From: Hydrolagus affinis
Taxonomy: Eukaryota
Length of the DNA stretch: 63,629 nt
NCBI GenBank assembly: GCA_012026655.1
Contig: JAAILG010001644.1
Span: 1 to 63,629, forward strand
Direction: 5' to 3'
Shown here: piece by piece, positions 23,646 through 36,473 of the stretch
Numbering within the stretch: position 1 is the first letter of the stretch
Layout: every line of letters begins with the position of its first letter
Notes under the pieces: model-generated
Seen by the model: the letters and a program-made list of their open reading frames with translations, nothing else
Told to the model about the DNA's origin: nothing
The model's database searches: none
Position numbers and translations under genes: made by a program

Positions 23646-26409
23646 TTGATTTCTATGCTACCTGTAGTGAATCCATTTGAAACAGTGCCTTTAGAAAGTG
23701 GTAGTTGTCCTTTATCCACCCCAAAACAACACAATGTTAAGGTTAAGATTGTATGAATCCATTATCATTGCTGTTCGCAATTGGATGCTGGGTTTCAACC
23801 ACAAAAAAAGTCAAATCACTTTACAGTATCGTCTGTGAAGCATTTTGAGAAGTCAAGTCAGTCTAGGTGAAAAGGATACAAAAAAAGTCCTCACCCATTA
23901 TCCTCTCCCTATCAGCTCCCCCTTGCTTATTTCACCATTTACCTTGAAATCTGAGATTTTTAACCCCAGTTTAGAGATTGTTAGTACTTTTGCGTCAATG
24001 TACAGTACTTTATTGGCAAGTTTCAGTATTGGCATATTTTGTATTATATTGGGTTGGAGGGGGGAATTGAGAGAAATCATAAATCGCTAATTTATCGGTG
24101 AAAGAAAGTAACCACTATATTTCCCAAACTGGAAAATAAAAAGTTTTGCAATTGATTGAGTACATCCAGAAAATGGCAAAATTGTTGAATTTAATCTTAA
24201 CTTTGAAACTGGTTTTCTGCTTACGAATGTATAGAAAAATGGCTTCAAAATAAGGCTGTATTTAAAAATTTGCCAAATTCTGTATGCTCTGAAAAATTAT
24301 TGTGATAGAGTAAACTTAGATCCAGATGGAATTTCCACCTGTGTTTCTCCAAAGCTTTGAGCAGTAAGTTCAACTACATATTGCAAAAGATTGGAAACTC
24401 CCCTCTCAGTGGCGGGTTAAGAGCTCCCAGTGAACAGGGAATAAAACAGTAAAGCAATCAAGTACAACAGACAACTACAACTGCAAATTAAATATCTCTC
24501 AGCGAATGTCTGCCATCGTTACAATGTCAATAACAAGCAGGATATTTTCCAAGATACTGTCCATGCTCTGCATTGCATGAACTGCTCCTAAGTGTGGTGT
24601 AATAATGTAAATTGAGAAATTATCGGGTAAATTTAAATTCACTGTGCCAAATTAGTAAAACGAAATTGAGTGCTAGTGTATCTGATTTACAATGACCAAT
24701 GCCACTGCACTCATTCATCCATCCTCAGTATTAATGACATTCCCAATGATACTTCCATCTTTTTCCTTTTATTAAACTCAGCTGTGACCTGACATTGATA
24801 AGTTTGCGTTGTGCATTCTAATTTATTGCACAAGTTGCTTCTTTGGAACAGTAGTAACGACTGCACGCAAGGTAGTCAGAGCACTTAATAATGGCGTAGT
24901 TTGCTGGCAAAGGCAGAGAGAAAGGGGAAGCGATTGTAGGCATGGTCATAGAGGAAAGTTTTTAACAAGGATTTTACAAATTAAACCGGCTTACTTCCAC
25001 CCCCTACCCCACCAAAAAAAAAGGATTGTTATATTGGTTTCAAATAGAGGAAAGAATGACTGAAATGGAAAAATCATGTGTCCTGACATCCCACTAGTTT
25101 ACATCCAGCAATATAGTTAAAATTAGCGAGCTGAGAAATGTCAAGCCCCAGGTATCCGAAACAAAATATTTTGTGAACTTTAATTGTTAGATAATTTATA
25201 ATGGCTAACAAATCAGTCCCTTGTTACTGTTTCCGAAGAAATAATTACTCTTCAAACTGAGGATTCAAATCTATGACAATATGAAGTGCAACATGAATTT
25301 GAATATGAGGAAGCACTTAATACAATTGTACGAGGGAAAGAAAAAAATGATCTTAGCAAAATTCCTCAAGAATTCACCTGACTGGCCATTAATAATACAT
25401 CTGAACCAGAGGAACAGCCTTTGAAAAGCACTAAACTGAACCCAATTAAAGCCTCCTTCATTATGAAGGCTCAAGATGTAATGGCAAGTATAGCTTAAAA
25501 AAATTCTCTGTTGCAGTCTGTCTTAATGTAATATTAATGAGACTGGATGGAGGGCCATAAAAACTGATAGGTTTGCGATTGTAAATTATAAATCGGTATT
25601 GATTTTTCCCGGCACTAACACAGTTGGCTTATTGTAAGGTTCCATAGGCAAAGTGCACTTTATCAGATTAGGCCGCAGCCTAATATCAAATATACATGAG
25701 AAGGATGCATTTGTGACACAGTGAATTTTCAGAAACAACACACACACATAAACACATTACAAAAAGAGAAAAAATACTAAAAAAAATTCAACAAATTTGA
25801 CAGAAATGTCAAAAATCAAGGGCTGAACTATAATTTTTCTTAAAGGCATTTCATTCTCTGGGAACTCAAATGGTTTTAAAATTTTAATACTTCTCAAAAA
25901 TTATTGTCACACAGGGCGGCTAAGATGAATAGTTTAGCCAGGAAATTTGATTTGTAGAGTCTAGAGGTTCACAAGGTGGCGAAACCACAGCCGTTGTAAC
26001 AAATAATTTGTTTTTGGTTTATTGGATAATAGGACATTTTTCAAAAGCCTTAAGTTTGCCATAGCCGCAGCTTGGATTCTATAATTACTGTAATGCCCCC
26101 GGGGTAGGTAAGGGACAAAATCAGATCCATCCTGTTTACTATCCAGTGATGCCCCCCCCCTCCCTCCCTCACTCGTGTGCATACAAAAATAGTGGTAGAA
26201 TTCAGCTCAATCTTCCTGCCCACGTTCAAATACTGTGTGTAACTGGTACTTATTGCGGACCATTTCATTTCGCTATATTTATGCTTGGAAGATTTCTGGG
26301 TGAAATTAAATGGGCCGTGAAAAATAAATAAATAAAATATTAATCTTCAATGTAACAAAACAGACAAGTGCCACCCTTAGCAGTTTCAAAGAAAATATAG
26401 GGAGCACTG

Positions 26410-26485
26410 GTGAAAAAGCGCGCTCTTGGACGCGAGCTACCCCGCATGAGGGACGCTATACAAATGCAGGGTGTTGTTGTTGTTT
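26410..26485 (+). mobile_element. L2-type 3' tail of a different subfamily
   Basis: aaagcgcgctcttggacgcgagctaccccgcatgagggacgctatacaaatgcagggtgttgttgttg. Confidence 0.6.
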
Positions 26486-26770
26486 ACCATAGTGTAGCAA
26501 CACTCGATATCTGGGTTATTGCTGCACACTGATCAAGAATGGAAACCCCAACTGAGTCTCATAACTGCTGCCCTGGATGAGATCAGGAAATGCAGCGAAA
26601 CACAGGAATCAAAAGGACTGTCTGTAACCCACTTGGGTCTTGTTTGCATTTCTGCAAGTTATAGGAGATGTAAGGCAGTGAACACCAAATGGTTTCCTTA
26701 GTACTGAGACATGGAGACTTGAGACCTAATCAATGTTCCTTCTAATCACCCGGCCAAAGCAACAATTTCA

Positions 26771-26851
26771 AGTGTGTGTCTGTGTGTGTGTGGGGGGGGG
26801 GGGGGAGGTGGGGGGAGGGGTTGGGGTGTGGGTGGGCGGGTGAATGGGTGG
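26771..26851 (+). repeat. (TG)n microsatellite followed by a G-run tract (G-quadruplex potential)
   Basis: gtgtgtgtctgtgtgtgtgtg, a long G run, then several GGG+ runs separated by short loops. Confidence 0.8.
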
Positions 26852-28944
26852 AGTGGTAAACTTCATTGTTTGATCACCCATCTTCTAGAGGATTGCTGAG
26901 TTCAGATACAGTCACTGTGGCTGGCTCCAGATTACAGTGATGGTCATGGCACCAGCTGAACTTGACCAATAGCATTTTCCAATTTTGTTTTCTGATTTCA
27001 CAGGAAAATGGAAACACATCATGTAATCTCACAGGAACTCTGCTTCAAACCAGCCTTCCTTAAACCGTATTTCCCACAAGTTGATATGTGCTTCTGCTTA
27101 CTGGAAGAAACATCCACTTGATTTCCTTATTAAGAAATCCCTTTGAAATAGTTGGGATCCTCTGCAAGATTTGGGAAGAGGGTGATCTTTATATATATGA
27201 AGGTGGGGGCAGTAAATAGAACCCTCTCAACGTGGCCCAAAAGGATTAAAATACTAATTTAGAGTGTTCACATGCATCAATCATCATTAGACATCACTGA
27301 AAACCAAAGAGGAATGTTGAATTGACCGGGTGTCTGGCAGTCAACTGGCATTTGTGCAAAGCCCTGTCTTTGTGTATTGCAATAACAGTTATCCGAAGCA
27401 CTTCTTCTTGTGTACTCATGACTAGTACCACTCCTTATGTAAACATTTGAGTACTTCACACACATTCTCTAAGTTCTCTGTGATGTTGGCTATCAGGCCA
27501 GCCATGTGAAGGGCTCTCAAGACTGGGCCTTGGCAATGGGGAAAAGGACTCTGGCATCACAGCTGGTGTGAATTGACACGCCATGCCAAACCTTCTCTAC
27601 CAGCAGATCATTAACAGACCAAACGATATTCAAAAAACAGACCCAGACTTTAGTTGCCTGCCCCGTGCTGCTTGTAATGAGTCTAAGAGATGGAGTATGA
27701 GGACTCTGGAGTTCACCCTTTCAGAGGCAAAAAAAAAGACCCTCCAAATGTATGCACTGAATTGCCAATATGAAGGGCTGGGTTTTCGGAAACCCCAATA
27801 TGGGGGCTGCATGTTGACATGTTATAATTCTTCTTGCAAAGTTCCAAAAGATAGATGCACTGAAAGAATTGAAGAGCTAAATGAACATTGAAGTGGTTGG
27901 AACATAGAACACATTTATCTCCAATATCCAAATGCAGCCAGAGTAAGCCAGTCACAATGTGATCCAACAGGATCTATGCATGATCATCGCATCTTAATAG
28001 ATGTTGGTTCGTTAAAGCCGATATGGTCGCTCAGATTAGTGCGGATCCAAATGGATAAATACACCACAGCCATTAGCCATGGTTGTTTTAAACTAAATTT
28101 TTGAAAGGCGGTAGTGTGCTGGCCCCTTTAAATGCCAGGAGATTACCACATTAAAGATGTATTCTATATGTTTTGCTTGCTACAAGTCAAGACTTTATCA
28201 AGGATTAATGCCCCACTCAGAAGCCAAACAGCAGGATTTGTACAGTCTATCCATTAATGAAACAAATAGTAAAATACCAGTGATGCTTATCATGTACATC
28301 TATCAGGCAAAAGTCTTAAATGCATTAAATTGCTTTGCACAGACTATTGGGTTTAGCAGATTTGCAGTGTTATAATTTACTGCGGGAGCACAATTTCCAC
28401 TAATAAACCAACTACATTCAAAGAAATGAGCTTCAATTAAAACCATTCATTATATTTCTGGTCCTGACAAGACTAATGCCGGGAGTTTTATATGACTGTT
28501 AATACATTTATTGGAACTATTTTTCTAAGCTAAAGACTGTTCAAGTTCCACCTCAAGGCACTGAGATCTGTTTCCATTATCGGCTGAATGTTCTCCAGAG
28601 TGCTATTGATTGTACAGTGATGGGACACTTCTAGGACAAAGCAAAACTAATTAAGCAGCGAGCGCAAAGAATTGTACCTTCAATAGTGTTTGAAGCCACA
28701 TTTAATTATTGCGTGGATAAAACAACATGAAGCCCAACATGCATTTGTTACAGTGTAAATGTACTGCTCGTAATATTGACTGGGAACCTGCTGTTTAATC
28801 CAATACCAGTGACAGCAGAACTGCAATGTCTGAAAGGGATGATTCGGGAAAATACTGACAGAGACAAGGGCTTTGGTTGTTGATGGGGATATACACACAG
28901 ACAACAGAGATGTGTGTTACAGACAACAAAGGCTGTTATGAGCT

Positions 28945-29340
28945 TCCCTGATGGCTAGATTGGTAAAGACGAGAGGGCAGGACTCTTCAAATGCCACGTG
29001 CAGAACAGAGGCTGATCTGCAAGATGCCAAGTGTGATTCCTCGTCAATTGCTGATGGAATTGATCTCAGCTAAGAGGTATTAGTGTGGGTGGGGGCGTGG
29101 AAGGAATTAAAATTGACTTCAGTGCCTATTGAGCTAGGTAAGGTCTCTGCCTTCTGTTTACTATCCAGTGACCACTACCTGATCCAACAGAAAATGCATG
29201 CGTAGCACGTGAGGGTAGGAATGTGCTCGTCCACCCTACCCCCTACTCACCCCAACCCGAATAGCCTGTAAAAAGGTAGTTGTCTTGGCTGCCAAATCAA
29301 AAATGGGCACTTGGATGAGGCCAACTTGGATGCTTATAGT
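28945..29340 (+). mobile_element. SINE family B near full-length copy
   Basis: ttccctgatggctagattggtaaag...gatctcagct...ctatccagtgacc...gaatagcctg...aatgggcacttggatgagg. Confidence 0.62.
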
Positions 29341-29403
29341 TTTCAATCATCGAATCCTGTAGGTAATCAGCTGTGCTTCACGCCAACACGAGTGTAGCTT
29401 TAC

Positions 29404-30128
29404 AAACAACAAAATTATATTTGTGGAACGCCTTTCACGTCGGGAGGACGTCCCAAGGCGCTGAACAGTCAGGGGTCAGGATCCTAGGGTAAGGGTGGGG
29501 TGCTGGGTTGGGATGAGGGAGGGCAGAGAGGTAGAAAGGCGGCTGAAGGCATAGTCGAAGAGGAGGGTCTTGAGTCAGGCCTTGGAGTAGGCAAGGGAGG
29601 TAGCAAGGTGAAGTTATTGTGGGATGGAGTTCCAAAGAGTGGGGTCAGAGAGGCTGAAAGCCCGGCAGCCGCTGGTAGGGCGGGTCAGGTGGGAGATATG
29701 GAACAGACTGAATTCCTGAATATTCCTACTGAATGGAGGGAGTGGATAGGATAGAGGTGATAGAGGGTCAGCAGGTCAGAGAAGTAGGAGAGGGTAAGGC
29801 CCTAGAGGGCCTTGAAAGTGAGGTGGAGGATTTTGAATTCCAGCCTCTGAGGCCTGGGGAGCCAGAGGGCAAAGGTGGGGGTGATAGAGTCACAGAGTCT
29901 GGTGCAGGAGAGGACGCGAGAATGATCTGCAGCTTGTGGAGGGAAGAGTTGGGGAGCCGACAAGGAGGGAGTTTCCGTAGTTGAGCCTTGAGGTGACAAA
30001 TGTATGTATGAGGGTTTCAGCGGCTTGAGGGTTGAGGCAGTGGCTGAGTTGGGTAATGTTGTGGAAGTGATGGAAGGCAGTGCTGTTGCTGTTCATGACA
30101 TGGATATGGGGGAGAAAGGACAGTTGAG
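29404..30128 (-). mobile_element. L2 LINE 3' portion
   Basis: Reverse-complement tail aacaacaaaattatatttgtggaacgcctttcacgtcgggaggacgtcccaagg; ORF2 remnants PQAAETLIHTFVTSRLNYGNSLLVG and WLPRPQRLEFKILHLTFKAL. Confidence 0.9.
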
Positions 30129-31769
30129 GGACTCAAAACCAATGTTGGCTTCAAAGCAAAGATGATGTGGGTTGACATGACGCACCACCAGCTATTGGAA
30201 GAATTATGTACCTATTAAATCCTGATGTGATTACTAGAATTTAGACCCCCATGCAAATATATATTCAAATTGCTATTCAAAAACGCAATCATGGTGTGTA
30301 AGGATGTGCCTGGAGAGGAGACAGAGTGGATCAGGTGCAGACAGCATGCCGGGCTCCTCAGGTGTCAATCCTCGAGTTATTTGTTCCATATTCCTCTACT
30401 CACTGCCAGTTATTTCTATAGAAGTGAACCAATCAGTCAATGTGTGGACACAGAAAGAGACAAATGTAGCATTCAGCAAACTGCTATTCAGTCAAAAAGA
30501 TAAAAGTCTGAATTAGGTGTATGACTGACTGTGAGAATATCTCATGCTTTGGACTGTCGAGGCATTTACTTGTCTTTGTAGTCTGAATGATCATTCCCTC
30601 CCTTCCAATTTTCTTGTGGTTCCCTCTGCTCTCAGTTGCTCACTGATTATGGCATTGGTTCCATTGGATCCCAACCAGTCTCCTAACAACTTACCAAAGT
30701 GACCATTCATCTAACACTGGGCAGACAATAACATAGGCAGGACAATGAGCGTACTCTTAACAGCTGAGCCAGATCCTTTTGCCGAAACACTAGGAGATTG
30801 GAGTGTAGCACAAGGTTTAGAACAGCATGTAATTGCAATGTCGCTGATGCCATTGTGTGTCTAAGGAGCTTGTTCACACTATTCCACAAAACCGCTCTTC
30901 TGAGACAACCCTAATAGAAGTAACAGCGTGTTTTACAAAAAAAACATCATTTTGCTTTCAGGGAGCAACGTTTCAAACAATTGACTTCGCTCAGTACAAA
31001 AGGATTGTGTGTGTCAGGGGTCAGGTGAAAAGACCCTCCCACCGCTCTCAATGATCGCTCACCCCAGCGCAGAGGTGTGCAATGAAGCCGAACAAAAATG
31101 TCAATCGTTCTCAAGCAATATTAGAATATGTAAAAAAAAACACAAAGCAGTAATTGCACTCAATACGGTAAAGCCAGGGCTGGCTGCAAACTTACTGGAA
31201 TTAAAGGAAACAAGATACTGATTGTAGATGCATTTGTTTTACGGGAAGTGACAGGTTTTCAGCATTGCTAGGCAACACTTCATTAGGAAAATGAGTCAAA
31301 ATTGTTTCATGATAGCTGTTTTATTTGTCAAAATTGCTTTGTTCTGGGGGAAACGAGAGGTTTCTTTCTTACTTTCCTAGTTTGCTTGGTTTAAAATATT
31401 TTGAAATGCTCTCTCTCCATCAGTCTCCATCTCCCCGCCACCCACCCCCCGACCAGCGCAAAGTCTAATGGTCATTCCTCATGTCTGAGTTTGGACAGCG
31501 AGATTTTACAAACAATACAACCTTGGTGGTGAGGGAAGTAAAGCTGAGCCCCATCCAGCCCCGGTTTGATATCCACACACAGACACGTTCACTTGGGGGG
31601 GGAAAGTGCCACTTGGGTCTAGATTTATTCTATTTAGCTTCCATTTCAGAGCATCCAGAATTTGGCATTCTTATATACAATTGAGCTGTTTTGTTTTAAT
31701 TTTTAAAACAACTATGGAAAACTGCCTGACTTTTCTCCACCTGAATCAAAACTGAGGCTCAATGGCATT

Positions 31770-31828
31770 GTTCCAGCGTTTTGGGACGTCCTCCTGACGT
31801 GTGTAATTTTGCTGTTGTTGTTGTTGTT
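31770..31828 (+). mobile_element. Isolated L2 3' tail
   Basis: ccagcgttttgggacgtcctcctgacgtgtgtaattttgctgttgttgttgttg. Confidence 0.75.
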
Positions 31829-32464
31829 CTATTGCTGCTTGCCTGAGATTACCTAACATTGGGTAGTCACACTGAGCACCTTTGTGTGTCTCAATATTAT
31901 ATAATCAAGGCACTGGAAAGCTAACACTCCTTCCTTTTAAAGTATGTGCATTTTTTATTACACGTAATTGTATTCCAGTATGGTATTTCCTTTTACATAC
32001 TGTAACTTTGCTGCATGTATAAAAGCAGCATAGATTTGTATAACACCCATTTATATTGTTTCTATTCCAGCTTCATCTAATCACAACCAACACAGAGCCT
32101 TGTTCCCCTCCATGCACCATTTGTACCACCAGGTTGTGTTCAATCTATTCAGCCTCACAGAACGAGTTCAAACTACTTTACATAGCTGGGCTTCAAACTA
32201 GTTTCATTTGGCCAGTGAACAAGGTTCTCTCTATTCAGCAGCACCTTGTTGGAACACTGAAAAGGCAACAATCCAGCTTTTATTAACAATACCACAGAAG
32301 TCCAATTTCTTTTCGTGAAACTCTCTCCACTATGAGTTTTGTGCCACGGTGTGTTTTAAGAAGACAAAATAGCTGTTGATTTGCACTGCCGCAATGCGTT
32401 GATCGACTTCCTTCCATAGCCAAAGCGTGTCGTTCAATAAGATCCATAACATTCTTAATAAAAT

Positions 32465-32585
32465 TTTCTTCCCACAATTTTCTCATCTATTCTCTTGAAG
32501 GTGCTGACTCAAGCTAGATACGTTTCCACATATAACGTCTTACATTCTTCATGCATGCATCTGGATGGAAACTGTTAGCAAGAAT
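32465..32585 (-). mobile_element. SINE family B 3' end
   Basis: ttttctcatctattctcttgaaggtgctgactc...cattcttcatg. Confidence 0.52.
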
Positions 32586-32859
32586 CATATCAGAAACAGG
32601 CCGTTTGACCTAACAATCGCGCTGGCATCTTCTCCACTTCGGACACCTCATCGTTCCCACTCTATCATTTGCTCCAATTTTCTATTCAAAGGAATTTCTG
32701 GACCGTACTTCAAGAACTGTTTGTAGGAAAAAATTCAAATTCCAAAGGCCCTCTGAAGAATTTTTCTTTCAGTCATCCTTTAAATATTTTTATCGTAATC
32801 TTGAAAGTATGTGATGTTAGTGGGGCTGCATCTGATCCTCTCCTCAATCAATGACCACA

Positions 32860-33060
32860 CACACTTTCTATTGGGAAGAATGAGAGACCCTCTGGCTAGA
32901 GATCAGGAGCAGGAATCTGATCCCATTTCCTCCTTCCCACGATGAAAGCCAAACAGTGGGACCTTAGCTGGAATTGGCCAACAGTGCAGCCCAGCGACCA
33001 AACCAAGGGGCCTTCCTGGTCTGGGTGATCTCTGGCCGATTCAACTAGCTAATTTCATAG
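32860..33060 (-). mobile_element. SINE family B 5' fragment
   Basis: ccacacacactttc...gatcaggagcaggaatc...ccttcctggtctg. Confidence 0.5.
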
Positions 33061-33997
33061 GGAAAATGGTTTGGTATAAGGCAGCATGGGGGAAAGCAAG
33101 CTTCCATCCTTCTAGTGTAACTATTGCATTAAGGAATATGGTATGAAAGTCATGCACAGACAGGCAGGGCTGATGTGACGTATAAAAGCGCCACCACAAA
33201 AGTTATTTATAAAGATATCAGAAAATAAGGGATAGAGCTCAATAGTAAAACTTGGTCTCTTTAAAGGCATATAGTAGTGAACAGTAAGAATGGATCTGAC
33301 GTGAAAGTGGCTGGCTTCAGGTTGGTTAGAAGATTGGCAGACTTGACCTTTCGTCTGGTCCATCAATCACCTAGCCTTCTCTCAACTCACCGAAACAGTC
33401 CACATGTGCATCTATTATTGCTTAAATCCAAATTGACTGTTTCTTCACATCCGATACAAATCAACAGCCCTAGTGTGAACAGAGGGCTCGAGCAAAGCAC
33501 TTGTGTGTGTTATTATAGCAGGAAACCAATAAAAGGCTTAATCAGGGGAAAGGGAACTTGGAGAAACTGGGGGCACATGAAAGGTGATGCACAATGGCTA
33601 GACTGACAGGTTCGAGATCGGGCCAGCACAGATCAAGATAATTACAACAAACAAAAGAAATATCAAGGTACAAAATAAACAGAGGCTGTTCTCTTAAGAG
33701 TAACCCACTGTCCAGAGCCTAATGCTTGATTAAACTCCACATTTATGCAGCATGTGCCAAATAAAAAAAAAAGTACTTTTTCATTCAGTCTCGGTACTTT
33801 ATATAAATAAAATATAATTGGTTTCAGTGCGCCCAGTTTTCCTGGCTGCACCTCGAAGCTCACTGATGTGATTATACAATTCCTGCCAGTCGGCATGTGG
33901 TTTTGATTAGCAGGGACCTGTGATTGACTGACTTCATGAGGCATGTCACCAGGAACCGATCGGCAACTTACCCCAAAAGATAGAAAGAGTTGTTTCA

Positions 33998-34065
33998 ACC
34001 CAGTGCCTTGGGACGTCCTCCCGACGTGAAAGGCAGTCTATAAAAGTCATTTTGCTGTTGTTGTT
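33998..34065 (+). mobile_element. Isolated L2 3' tail
   Basis: ccagtgccttgggacgtcctcccgacgtgaaaggcagtctataaaagtcattttgctgttgttg. Confidence 0.8.
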
Positions 34066-35057
34066 TTTACTTCTTTTTTTAAAAAAAATTGCGGGGTGGG
34101 AGAGCGCCCCAAACACATGTAAAACAATTCTATCCATGGTCTTGCTCATAAATCCCTCTGTTTATTGTGATATGCACTGTTCACATGCAAAGGGTGTTTG
34201 AGAGATTTTCATGCTGGCTTAGCATTACATTCTTCCAGAGGAAATAGGCACCCTGCATTGCTTTTCTTCCTGCAAAGGTTTTTTTTACTGGACTGGACTG
34301 ATGCATAATAAAAGGACTGCCGTGGTGTCTACAGAGTGTGTAAGCAATTTGACACACTTAAGGTGCTGTATCGGCAGTGCACCAAACAGTCAGTTTAATT
34401 TCTTGGGAAGGCTGGTAAGCTTTCCATACTGAAAGGTTTGAGGCAGAGGAAGCATCTGCCAACTGCAGAATGAAAATGAGCTAACCTGCACTAGGGATAA
34501 ACAGGCCAGTGTTCTGAGTTAATCCTTTCACAACACTGTCCAACTCACCTATGAAGAATGGCCATTTGGGCTAAGACCAGAGGCTAAACGGCATATATGC
34601 AATCCTATGCACAGACAACATGTCAACTTCCAATAACCCAGGTACAGGTTATAGTATCCTGTGCTTACGTATACAATCTTCTAAGCAGACAAGTTCTCAG
34701 AGTCAAAAAGGGAAAATAACAGAACAGCTCTAGTGCGGCCTAGTGGTCCTATTAGGTTGGCTCCAGTTTAGTCTGAAAATATGTATCCAATCTTGTTTCA
34801 CAAATTCAGACAGAAAATGAAGAGCAAACCTTTCAGAACATCAATTTCACAGTAGCGAAGAACGACACTGGACATGAAAGATCGAGGAAAGTCAAATGAA
34901 AAGTAACAGTTAGCCAACATTGAGATTATAGGCGGAAGAGAAGACTAAGGTGATGTGATCCACATTCTTGAGATCAGACAGAAATATTCAGTGAGTGCCA
35001 ATGAGCTTAGGTTTCAATGCAAGAGAATACAAGGGAGGAGAATGAGTGTTAAGATGG

Positions 35058-35237
35058 TCTCAAGACCCTCCTCTTCGAACCTGCCTTCAGTCGCCCTGCT
35101 ACCTCTCCGCCTTCCCTCATCCCAACCCAGCCCCAACCCCCAACCCCACTTCTGCTACCGAACCCTGACTGTTCAGCGCCTTGGGACATCCTCCCGATGT
35201 GAAAGGCGGTCTACAAATGTAATTTTCTTGTTGTTGT
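35058..35237 (+). mobile_element. L2 3' end
   Basis: ctcaagaccctcctcttcgaacctgccttcag...gactgttcagcgccttgggacatcctcccgatgtgaaaggcggtctacaaatgtaattttcttgttgttg. Confidence 0.85.
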
Positions 35238-36427
35238 GTATCCAGAGCCGAGAAGAGAAAATTAGACATTGGCATGATACGGTAAAAATATGTAGTGTGT
35301 GATGTGATACTGAATCTTTTCCTCGATTTGATTATTAGTAGAATTATAATAATAATAATATTATTGAATTATTGAGTAGAGTTCTTGAATGGAAAAAATG
35401 TCATTATGAGCAATTTTAACTTTCGCACCGGTTACTCAACATCAAATCTATTTGTAATGTAGCAAACTCAAAGCGCGGTATTATTCTATATACATGCAGG
35501 CCACCTCCAAAAGTTCAACTAACTTAGAATCAATTGAATACAGTATTGCAATAATTAGAGCTACAGGCAACTAAAGTTGGCCATCTTTGTTGGAAAACTA
35601 TTTTGAATAACGTAAAGAAGGTCATGAAACTATTGTTTAAGGGTCCCAGCGTGTAGTTTTTAAAAAAAATTGATTCTGAAACATACCCAAGGGAGAGACA
35701 CAAAAAGGTATACCACTTCTTTAAAAATAATAAGACTTGTGCTTTTAATGGACTCAATTTGTGAAGTACTCACTAACAATAAAAAGTGAAGTCTAATTGT
35801 ACATAACAAGATCCCTTTAACATTTGCTGAAAATTTTTAACAATGAAAATGACATTAATGTATATGCGTTTCATACAAATTATTACCATAATAGAAAGAA
35901 ACTGGAGGTCCCTCGACTACAGAGCATGTCACTTAACAGTAATTTACGCCTATGCACCAATTTCGGGATCAGATCGCAACCGTCGAAAGACAAAAGTCCT
36001 CGTAATACCAATTTTGGTTAAGAACAAGTTTTTGTTGCAGTCACCTAATTGCTACTAAAAGGATTTGGTGGTGCTTTAATCCCAATTTGTGCGTACCCTC
36101 TAACATCAGGTCGTGCAGATCAGATCCCTTTTAGATTTGAGAACTATTCAAATAACTGCGCAAAATGACAAGGATTTTTTTTTACTGCATTTTCATCAGC
36201 AAAGAGAATTCTAAAACCTTGATTTCTTTGTTTCACTACTCAAAAAAGTTTTCATACAGGAATGAGGGTGATTTTCAAGTTCCTCTTATCAATTTAAATG
36301 GACAATCTGAGGCTCAGTCTAACTCAACCTTTCAGACTTTGCCCACCAATTCATGGAGATTTTCTTTATGTCTATTTGCTCCTCCACCTTTTCACTCCCT
36401 CCTCCGCAAGCATGCCGCATGTTCAAA

Positions 36428-36473
36428 TACACACGCGCACACGCATGCACACGTGTGTACCCATGTGTGCGCA
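36428..36473. repeat. Alternating purine-pyrimidine tract (Z-DNA potential)
   Basis: tacacacgcgcacacgcatgcacacgtgtgtacccatgtgtgcgcac. Confidence 0.6.

Noticed and set aside
30962-31024. 63-nt plus-strand exon candidate GATFQTIDFAQYKRIVCVRGQ
   Set aside because: Weak donor (gtgaaa) and unrecognised peptide; RNA-seq would be needed.
32283-32486. Protein-looking ORF MRKLWEENFIKNVMDLIERH
   Set aside because: Starts inside a SINE family B 3' end; no known domain or splice support.
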